Part shown: one piece after another, positions 50,260 to 61,000 of the stretch
Numbering within the stretch: the first letter of the stretch is position 1
Layout: each line of letters starts with the position of its first letter
DNA from: Seison nebaliae
Lineage: Eukaryota
NCBI GenBank assembly: GCA_023231475.1
Contig: JALJEE010000525.1
Span: 1 to 64,000 of the forward strand
Length of the DNA stretch: 64,000 bases
Reading direction: 5' to 3'
The notes under the pieces: generated by a model
The model's database searches: none
Told to the model about the DNA's origin: nothing
The model's input: the letters and a program-made list of their open reading frames with translations, nothing else
Program-made: the position numbers and the translations under genes

Positions 50260-51339
50260 ATGACAGTGAAGAAAATCAAGACGGGAATTTTATTGATGAA
50301 TATGGGTGGACCATCTCATTTTGCTGGGGTCAATCAATATCTTCGTCGATTGTTCAATGACAGAGATATAATGCAATTGCCATTTCAATCGATTTCATCA
50401 AAATTTTTAGCAGATCGAAGAACTCTCAAAATCGAAGAACAATATAAGGCGATTGGTGGTGGATCTCCTTCGTTCCAACTGACTGAATCTCAAGGAAATA
50501 AAATGGCAAATTTATTAGACGAAATATCTAAAGAGACAGCACCTCATAAATCATATGTGTCTTTCCGTTATGCCCATCCATTGACGAACGAAGCCATCGA
50601 TCGATGTGTAGATGATAATTGTGAGAATGTGGTTGTTTTTTCCCAATATCCCCACTATAGTTGTACAACTACCGGTTCGTCATTGAATGATTTGGTGAGG
50701 ATTATTTCGGAAAAAAAATTAAAGAAAAAATTCAATTGGAGTCTAATTGATCGATGGTGGAATAATGAGAATTATATTAATTGTATTCGGAATCGAATTG
50801 AAGAATCTTTAGAAAAGTTCCCAGAAAATGAGAGAGGAAAAGTTTTATTATTATTCTCCGCACATTCAATCCCTTTCAATATAATGAAACGGGGAGATAC
50901 CTATCCAATGGAGATCGGTGGAACTTGTACAGAAATAATGAGAACGATTAATAATCCTTATCGGCTGGTATGGCAATCGAAAGTGGGTCCATTACCATGG
51001 TTGGCACCGTCGACGCCAGTTGCCATGAAAGAATTTGCTGAGAAAGGGCATGTCAATCAATTACTTATTCCAATCTCATTTACAACGGATCATATAGAAA
51101 CGTTATATGAAATCGACAAGGAATATTTAGAACCAAAATTCCTTCAAAATATCGGAATCCGTTTAGCTTATCGAACAGAATCATTAAATGATTCTAATTC
51201 TTTTATAAGGACAATGACACATATTGTCGAACAGCATCTCATCAATAGAAATTTAGCATCTTCTCAATTTCAAGTACGATGTAATGGATGTTCTAATCCT
51301 AATTGTTTTGAAACGAGAAAATTTTTTAAAAATTTATGA
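50260..51339 (+). CDS. FECH: Ferrochelatase, animal type with C-terminal cysteine cluster
   Basis: TGILLMNMGGP, YPHYSCTTTGSS, FSAHSIP, WQSKVGPLPWL, DHIETLYEID, RCNGCSNPNC ([2Fe-2S] ligand pattern). Confidence 0.96.
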   Translation: MTVKKIKTGILLMNMGGPSHFAGVNQYLRRLFNDRDIMQLPFQSISSKFLADRRTLKIEEQYKAIGGGSPSFQLTESQGNKMANLLDEISKETAPHKSYVSFRYAHPLTNEAIDRCVDDNCENVVVFSQYPHYSCTTTGSSLNDLVRIISEKKLKKKFNWSLIDRWWNNENYINCIRNRIEESLEKFPENERGKVLLLFSAHSIPFNIMKRGDTYPMEIGGTCTEIMRTINNPYRLVWQSKVGPLPWLAPSTPVAMKEFAEKGHVNQLLIPISFTTDHIETLYEIDKEYLEPKFLQNIGIRLAYRTESLNDSNSFIRTMTHIVEQHLINRNLASSQFQVRCNGCSNPNCFETRKFFKNL

Positions 51340-53426
51340 AAAAATTTCCTTGCATTTTAATTTATTTAAATTGAATATATTACTTTTCCAATATATTTTA
51401 CGTTCGTTGGAAAGAATAGTTCATTGATGTTCAATAGTATATAGATATAATTGATTAGTCAAATAAATATATTTCAAATAGGCAAATAGAACCAGATAGA
51501 AGGAAGAAATCGTCACATCGAACTAACATCGTTCCAAATAGTAAAACTTCAAATGAAAACAATAGATCTTTCGAAGAAGATATTCGTTTACCATCGATGA
51601 ACGCCAAAGCAGATGAGAATATAACACAAAAAGAAAAAGTTCGAGTTCTCCAAAGGGCCAATCAACAATTAATAAAAATAATACAGTTAGGAAATAAAGA
51701 AAAACATCAGAAAAGCATCCTGGTTCCAATTCAAAATTGTTCCAATAATAAACCAATAAAATTTTACGTAACAAATAAAAATACCAAAGTTAAATATAAA
51801 AATGTCGAATCCGATCAGTGATTACAAGATATTATTATTCTTAAATTCTTCAATGAGTCTTGATCTTGACAAAATCAAGATTGGACCTTACAAGTTCTTG
51901 TTAGAAAGTTCTTTTCTCAAAATTCTTCTACCATAATATTGAAAAAACGTTGATCGTGGTAATTGTTCCGATCTGTCGTGTACTGTCTAACAGTACCGTA
52001 CAACTAAGCACAGTTTTCCTTAATATCTCTGTGAAAGATAAACTTTATAATATTCGTGAAAAATAAAATATGTTCTTAATAAATTAAACTTGATGGTAGT
52101 TTATATCCTAGGATAATAATATATATCTTAGTTGCTGCCAGGCTTGGTCTTATGCCTTGAACCAGATATCCGAATCTTTATACGAACAACATTAATTGTT
52201 CGTTATTAGTATTAGTGAATAGCTTGATCATCGTATAATTGACTATTCTAATGAAAAAATTGGATTAAATGAATATAAATGAAAATTAACCAAATTTATA
52301 TTTATCCAATCCTTCAAATAACGAAAGCGCAAATATTTTTCGTTTTTATTTAATCCAATCAAAATTAGGTTTAGAAAAAGTTTAGAAACGGAATTATAAA
52401 GTTTAGAGTGACGTGTAATAATACGTATGAGTAATTTATTTCAATAAAAACTATATTTTTATTATTGAAAGTTCAAGAAACCGTCTTAAATAAGGACATT
52501 ATCTTATTATTTTTTCTTATTAAAATTAAACTATATATTAATTTGTGTTAATCTAATTTTTTGTTAAATACTTTATTATACCAAAGTATTATTCGCCAAT
52601 ATTCTGTAATACAGAATCTCTTAACAATACAATTTCTTCAATCTTTTTTAATTGATGTTATACCAACACTATAGACAATTTAATTGTTCCGAATTACTTT
52701 TCAATTTGAGAAAGAAACGTCAACATTATGGCTCATCGACCCACCGCTCCATCAGATATGGATATGGCTCGATTATTGACAGGTGATATTAAAGTGGAAA
52801 TGGAAAAAAAATACATATTTACATCTACATATAGAGTAAAAAAGGCCAAAAACCGGCTGTAATACTTCGACTAAGGATAAAAAAATTTACACATCTCTTT
52901 AGGTTTATTTTTCCTATCTCCATGATTTTTTTGGAGTCAAACGGCGGATGGGAACGCGTACCATTCCCTTGTAAGTATATGTATATCTAAAGTATAATGA
53001 ATTTCTAATTTCAGAAAGAGAGATTGTATGGGTAAATTGTAGATTTGTAAATTAACCTTTACGATTGATATATAATTGCTTCCTATATATATATAAAAAC
53101 TTCTATCTGAAAATAAAGTATTATAAATTTTGAATAGAATGAAAACAATAATATATCAGTTCTAGAACTATTCCATTTAGAAAAAGAATGGAAGATAAGT
53201 CGAGCAATTAACTTGTTGAAATTTTTTTATGAAAACTGTCAAATGTTCTCATCTATCTGTATTAATATTAGTTGAGAAATGGGTAAACAAAACATGGAGA
53301 AATATTCGAGAGAAAATGATGTGAAAATGTTCAACTGTTTGTTGTTGTCTCAATTGCAATTTATGGGAAGGAATTTAATATAATTTTATTAAAGAATTAT
53401 TTCTAATTAGTGAAAGGATTATTAGA

Positions 53427-54347
53427 ATGCGTTCAGGAATATTCGGTACTTTTTTATGGATCTTAATTCATGTGAGATGTTATTTTAGGTATCTACTAAT
53501 TTCGATTATTTAACCTTATTTATTTTAGTCGCATTTTCTGCAATTGATGAAGAATTTGCTCTGAAGTGTAACGATGATATAACAATTGAAATTTCAATTA
53601 AACAAGACAATCCTAAAAAAATATACAGATTTATTAAACTGGAAACGGGCGTTATTGAGGAAGGAACATATTTCCAAGGTGGAACAACTCAAACATTCAA
53701 AGGAAATAAAGTTGGACTTCACCTATTATTATTTATTAAACAATTTCTTTAACAACAACTATTGAAAAAAGATAACTCAAAATAGAAACAATTTTTTTGT
53801 TGAATTAATCGAAACGCCTCGAGATGAATATGAAATGAAAATAGTCACGAAAAATTCAAATATTTTACGATTTTTATGTAAAATAAAGTTCAGCGCAGAG
53901 GGGACCACTGATGTTGAATTATCGTTAGTTTCCTTGAAATCTTATTCTGAACTAATTTCTGAGTGTTATAGAGATGTTCATGAAACAATGTCCGAAGAAT
54001 TAAACATTGATATATATATAGAGCCTGAAGGAGATGTTGAATTTGGAAAAGAAAAAATATGGTTTATTGAGGGAATTGCGAATATCTTAGACAAAATGGA
54101 ATCATTGACAATAAATGTTAAAAACAAGGAGAAGGAAATTCCACTAGCAATTTGTCAATCCAAATCAAAAAGTGACAATTGTATGCTAAAATCAAACTAT
54201 GAAAATATTATCGCCAACCAGGAACTTATACCTAATGAATATGGTGATTATGAGTTACCAATTAGAGGATTTTTTATGAAGAATAATGGAAAATTTGATG
54301 ACAAAGAAATCATATTGTCAGTGAGCATAATTTTAACGTCTAATTAA
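53427..54347 (+). CDS. Orphan putative secreted protein, 3 exons, about 270 aa
   Basis: Splicing at GTTATT and GTTGGA donors gives MRSGIFGTFLWILIHVRFAFSAIDEEFALKC...GNK|ITQNRNN..., continuing into ORF 53835-54347. N-terminus is signal-peptide-like. No family recognised. Confidence 0.6.
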
Positions 54348-54636
54348 TTAAGAAAGTTTCTTATTTCTTTTATTATTTTTTATTAGATTGAAAGGGGATT
54401 AGTGAATGATTTATTTGTTATAAAATGAATGAAGAGAAAATAAGATTATGAGAGTAAAAGAGAAACGATTAAAGATGACTAGAATGGTGACCAAAGAAAA
54501 ATAAGATTAAAAGAATTAAAAGAAAAACTAATTTGAAATTAACGTTAAAAAAGAATCTGTGAATTGGATATTAAATAAAGTTGAAACATCAAATTAGTTT
54601 TTATTCAATTTCTCAGAACAATTAATTCTTTCTAAT

Positions 54637-57600
54637 TCAATGTCTTAATGTAGTTGCGGTAACGGATGGTGTTGGAGTATTCATCGGCACAGATGACGAT
54701 TCTGTTGCTGTTGTTGTTGTTGTTGTTGTGGGAGAGGAAGATGTTGATGATAAGAATGTTGATAGAAGTCGTTCTTCCAACGAATCTTTCCGACTGACTA
54801 ACTGTTGAAGTTGATGACGTAAATTTGTGTTGTTGTTTAGATTCTTATCAATTCTCGATGGAAACCCATCATTGGATACGTCCGGAAATTGTGATGATTT
54901 CAACATTGATAATGTCGTTGGATCGAAAGTAGATTCATTAAATGATTCAGATTGAAATTGCTGTTGTTGTTGTTGTGGTTGTTGTTGTTGTTGTTGTTGT
55001 TGAGGGTTGGATATTCGATTAGGATGTTCATTCATTTCATTTATCAATAAGAGTAACTGTAATAGTTGTGGAGATGTGGTTGGAACAATTGGAGGATTGT
55101 TGTTCGTTGGATTTTTCAAAATATTATTGTTATTCACATCTTTGAAATTGATCTTTGATCGATCTTTATTATCATTCTTCGCTTTATGATTATCACAATA
55201 ATTCTTTGTCTTGTTATCCATACGATTGGAATCATTCATTTTTGCTGATAATTTATAATTCGATGATTTCGAATTATTTATGTTCACATTTTCTGTTTCA
55301 TTCACTTTGTGTCGATTGATATTCTTCTTCAAATTATTCATCATATTCGGAGTGGTCGATGTTACTTTGTGATTCATTGCCATTGCCGAATCCGCTTGAG
55401 AATGAACAGGCTTATTATTATGATTATTATTCTTATTCTTATTATTATTATTAATATTATTATTCTTAAGGTTATTCTTATTATTTTCCAATTCTGCCTT
55501 CAACGATGATCCCAATGCATTAATGGGAGTATTGTCCTTACCATTAAAATTCAATTTCTTATAATTGACAAGTAGAGGAATGAGAAATTTCTGGTAGAAT
55601 GAAATTATTTGCGAATTGTTCACTGTTTCATTCCCTTTCATTTCAGTTATCGTATCATTCTCCGTCAGTTGTGCAAATTGATGATTTTGCATTTGGATGT
55701 CATTCTTCAACAAATTATCTTCTGAAAAAAAAGAAGAAATTGTAAAAAAATGAAAGAAATATTGAAAATAAAATAATCGATCGAACTTTCATTTATGCCA
55801 TTGTTGTTCGATGTGTCAAATAATAGTCGGGAGAGTTTCGATGATGACACAATTCTTGAGTTGGATGATCGTTTACGATTTTCCGAATACACATCTTCTT
55901 GACCGAACAAGTTATTCGTATTGTTCTCAAGCATATTTATAAGATTCATATTATTATTAAAATTATTAAGTTGATCTATTTTCTCATTGGAATCTATTGG
56001 GAAATTTTGAAAAAAGAATATTCAACTTCTAAATACAAATGATCTAACCATTTATGGCGATTTGTCCCGGTGATGTGGATGATGGTGATGATGAAGAAGA
56101 AGAGACAATCTCTCTCAACGTGGTAGGATTTGCTTGGTTGGCCAACAATTTCTTTAACTTCATCAACTTCTGTAAGTCTAAAGCATTCTTATCGTTCTTC
56201 ACGTCGTTGCCCGACATAATATTCATTTGATTGTTCAAGAATTTTTGGAAAGATTCCACTTTCATTGCATCATCCATCTCGCAGAGTTGTGAGAATCCTG
56301 AATTATTCTTGAGACTATTCAGATTGTTAAGTGTGATAGCCATATTATTGTTTAATTGACCACCTGAATTCTGATTAGTGTGATGATGATGATTCTTCTC
56401 ATCAATCACATTATTCTTATTGTCAATCTCCTTGAAATGGTGTCCTGTGGATTCGTTAATTGTCTCCAATGTTCGACGATATCTCTTCTTTAATGCAACT
56501 AATGGACAACCGGATAGGGAACGATGAGATGTTCGATTACTATTGACATGTCCTTTGCCTGTGCAACCAGGTGTGGGACATTTTAAGATCGCATCATCAA
56601 CCATTTCTATTAGAAATTATGAGAATAGAAAAGGGTTGATAAGATATAGAAATGGAAACTATTTGAAATTAAACAACGATCTCTTCTTGGACAACCAGAT
56701 AATGATCGATGATGTTTATAAAGACCAGTCGCATGACCGAGACCGTTACAACCGAGTGTAGGACATTTAGTGTCTTTCGTAGGATAAGATTTCAATTTGG
56801 TCGCCGTTGAATTGTTTGTGGAATTTCTACTTCGTTGCTCATCTGTTTGAAGTGGAAATAAATAGAAGAAATTTATCACAAATTGTTTATAGAAAATGAA
56901 GAGAAAAGAGAAATTGAATATATATAGAAATCGAACGAACCATTCATTATTTCTGCATGATCGATATCTTCCAATATTTCTGTTGAACTTCCGCTAAATA
57001 ATTTCATGTCTGTTAATTGTTCTTTATGATCTTGTTGCTGTTTCAACAACATCAATTGTTGCTGCTGTTGTGATTGTTGTTGTTGCGATTGTTGTGATTC
57101 AGAATCATCATCTTGACTCATATTGTTGTTGTTGTTATTCGTGTTCTTCTCACCATTATTCATCGAGTGATGGTGGGTATTTGAATGAAAGTTAATGGAA
57201 TCCGTTTGGTCAACATGTTCCTCGAACAGTTGTTTGATGTCGTGTAATGAACAATTGTGATCATTCTGATGGTTTGCTTCTGAATGTTCCTCCGTATCAT
57301 TCTGATTATGCCGATCGTTACTAGGACTTCTCTCACAACTACTTCTCGAATCAATCGATGACGAGGGAGAGAAAGAGGAATTTGAAGGTTTGATATTCTT
57401 ATGAGTAGTGAGGAGCATGTCAATCAAATAATTTTGTTTTTCTTCAGCACCTAAATCCGAATCATTCTCTTTCGATTTACTCATCTCGCTCATCGGATTT
57501 CGACTGCTACTACTACAACTACTACTACTGCAACAACTGCTATTACTGCACGAATTACAACTGGTTAGACCGGTGGTAGTTGTGCTATTGTCATTGGTGG

Positions 57601-57670
57601 AATTGTTGAAGAAAATATTATTATTTTCATTTGAGAATACAGATGCTGCAACAGTTTGTAGGTCATTCAT
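54637..57670 (-). CDS. MYT1: Myt1/Myt1L/ST18-family CCHHC zinc-finger transcription factor, 5 coding exons
   Basis: [27 protein letters not shown] and [27 protein letters not shown], with N/Q/S-rich linkers and a C-terminal coiled coil. Start ATG is approximate. Confidence 0.9.
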
Positions 57671-57977
57671 ATTCTTTCCTCTTCTTCCTTCGTTCACTTT
57701 ACTGACTGATTCGCGAGTCAAAGTATCACCTCCTATTATCGATTCCAATAATTATTCCTTCTCCAATAACGATGATCAATTGAGGGTGGTTCGTTCGCGA
57801 AATATGGAACGATTGGAAGTAGAAAGTTCAATCGATATTTCCTGCAGTTTCAGAAATTAATAAGGAAATGAAGAAAACTTCTGTGAAATGAGCAAAGAGG
57901 AAACAAAACAAAAAAATTATGATGTATTGATAAGAAAATGAGTAATGATGTATCGTCATCACGATAATAAGAGGAAT

Positions 57978-58023
57978 AACAAGAAGAAGAAGAAGAAGAA
58001 AAAGAAGAAGAAGAAGAAGAAGA
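57978..58023. repeat. (AAG)n microsatellite
   Basis: Interrupted run of AAG triplets. Confidence 0.85.
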
Positions 58024-61000
58024 GAATGAGAATTAGAGAGTGAAAGAAGAAGGGTAAGATGTCATCAGATAAACAAAGTAATATTCATCTTCAGAAAGAA
58101 TGAGGAAAAGAAAGATAGAAATAACTGCGTAAGATTAAGAAGTATAAGGAATAAGTGTAAAATTCTGAATGGAATAATATTGAGATAAAATTCAAAAAAA
58201 AAACGATCTCTATCTCTCCTTTCTCGTTTTTTTCGTATTTAGTAATAAAGTTTGGAGAAAGCGGAAACGACAAGTGCCATGCAGAGGAAACGAAACGATG
58301 ACTACGAAAGAATAGAAGAATACTTACCATATAAATTGAAAGAGATAAAAGTTCATTCACAAGAGAAACATAAAAAATAAAGGAAAGATATCATACTTTT
58401 ATTTCATACATTCCTCAATCTTCTCCCTATATCTCACATCCGTCTCACACATACCAATCTCCACCAGAAATACACAATTCGGTAATTTAATTACGTCCAA
58501 CAAAATATTTTGCGTAATGTGAAGTATATTCTCTGAAATCGAAGAACGATTCTATTCCGACTTTTTCTCATTCTTTAATTACTATTCTCTCATTTCTTAA
58601 GAAAACATCTTCCCAATATATACAGGAATTATAATTAGAATTTATGCCATTCATGTAAAATGCAAAAATTGTTTTCCTACTAACTTTCTCTCAAACTCTT
58701 CTAATAATTGAATATTCCTCAAAGAAAAATTTTCAAACTCTGCAAACTATTCGTAAGTGTGCAACAACTGCCTTGCTTTGTTCGATGACAATCTTACGAC
58801 TTTGAACAACTCTTTACAATATGAATCTTAAAGCAAACACAAAAACTCCTCAACTTTTCTTTCAATTCTTCAAATTGAAAATAAAGTATGAATTCGATTC
58901 GAATTTCAATCTTCCAATTGTTCAACTGTTTTAAAGAAACTTTTATTTCATCTTTCAATTTTTCGATCAATAGACGAAAAAAAAGAAAAAAAAGAGATTA
59001 ACGAGCTTCATATTATTTTTCATTTTACTTTTTATGCACAGATCATGCTTCTTAACGATTTGATGGAAAGAATATTCGAGATTGGATATTAGGAATATTG
59101 ATGAATTAAACTTATATAAAAAAGATCAAATTTCCATTTAGATGGAAGAAATATCTTATAGATAAAAGTTATTGAGAGTTTTATGGTTTTTCTTTCAATT
59201 AATTCATCAATCATTATATCAATTTCTTCACTCTTTTGACCAACAAGAAATTCATGAAAAACGAGAGGTCTGAGAAGATATGGATGAAGAAAGAAGTTTT
59301 GGATTGAAGAGAATTCCTGGAAGATGTATTAAATCCGAATCGGTTAATTAATTGAAGAAATTCAATTAAGTTAGATAATTTGTGAGTAAAGAGGAGGATG
59401 TTCAGATAGAATAAACATTTTTTATTAAAAAAATTTTTTCAACATTCGCTAAATTTGGAGATGAATCTGCGCACATTTATTTACATAAGTCAGCTCATGA
59501 GTATCTGAAGTGATAGATAAAATTGTGATAACATTCGATGATCAACTACATGAACTACTCATCATTATTTTTATTTGATAAAGTTGCACTTAACTGGATG
59601 AAATGAGCAAAGGAAATAGTTTGTTTTCGAGGATTTCTTCTTACTTGAACAAATCGAACGGAAATGATGGTGAAGTGTCGCTGCAAATAATGTGTCAAGT
59701 TTATTATGTAAATCTTCCGTTACCTAAATATCAAGAGAATGAAGATATGAAAGAATATGCGTACAAGTTATCGGTAGTAGAAGTTGTATTCGAATTCGAT
59801 GGGAATTATGGACCGATTTTCGGGTGAGTTTTCCCAAAAAATGAACGACAGGAAATTGAGGAGAAGTTTTAAGGAATTATTAATAAATTGCGAGTAGTAG
59901 TGCTTCTAATTCTGAGTGCTTCCAAAAATTATGTTTAGAGAGGAGGAGAAAGGAATAGGAAGAGTGATATATGAGAAGATAAGACTCGCATAAGGAAGTT
60001 TTAGCACAACTTGCATTCTGATTGGAGCAAGAACTACGTCGAATATGTAATAATTTGAGAAGTTTTCTTTTTGAGAGCGACCGAGTCAGAAAGTGTTTTT
60101 CGTGAAAGTATTAGAGATTTTTGGGAGAGGAAGAAGAAGAAGAAGAATAAAAGAATTTTTGTAGAAAATAATATGAAGAAGACAAATAGTCGTTATGAAT
60201 TTTAGACGTTCTATAGTAAATAGACGCAATGAAATGGAATAAGCGAAATAATAAGAAACTAGATTCTTTCTATTTTCATTATTCAACTTCATTTGCACAA
60301 CATTATGTGAATGGAAGCAGTGAGCAATGAAGATGGGAGAAGAATGGAAGTGAAAGAAATTAGTCCTTTTCATGTTCTTTCCCCTCCAAACATAAATTTC
60401 ATGAGGAAGAAGAAGGAAAGATGAAAATTTTGTTATTTGGCCATTCGCATAGATGTTATGGCGCATTCTCCACTTTGTCAAACTTGACTACATTTCGATG
60501 AAAAGTAACAAAATTATTATCCTATGTTAATGGAGACTTATTATGACATTGACTGTGAAAAAGAAAATGACTAATTTTAATTCTCTTTTCCAATCGTCTC
60601 CCAACCCTTCACCCTCATACGCCTTATCAGATGGAGGAATATGAAAAGAAGAAAAATGATTCCGACTCTCCTCCTAACTTTATGACGTAAGTAACTTTAT
60701 CTCTAGGAACACAAAGGAGAATAAAGTAAGAAATTGAATAACTAAATAAGTAAATTTGGACATGCAACAAGCAGTTTTCATCGAACATTCTTGTTCGATT
60801 CATCATAACAATTACTAAAAGTTAATTGTAAGTCTTCCTTTACAAAAATTCTGGGTTGACTGTTTGGCGGTTGTTAGCTCTTCTCCCTTCTATTCATACA
60901 GAATTCATTTGACAATTGATGATGACGTTGTCGTCATCATTCCATCGATACAATATTCTTCCTTACAATATAATATATATATGTATATGAATATATATGA

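Noticed and set aside
51975..52010. Hairpin followed by CTAA as a Helitron 3' end
   Set aside because: The hairpin is short and not GC-rich, there is no T target after CTRR, and no 5' TC end or RepHel remnant was identified.
58320..58331. ATACTTACC resembling the 5' end of U1 snRNA
   Set aside because: No U1 stem-loops or Sm site follow. It is better explained as the complement of a minus-strand GTAAGT donor.
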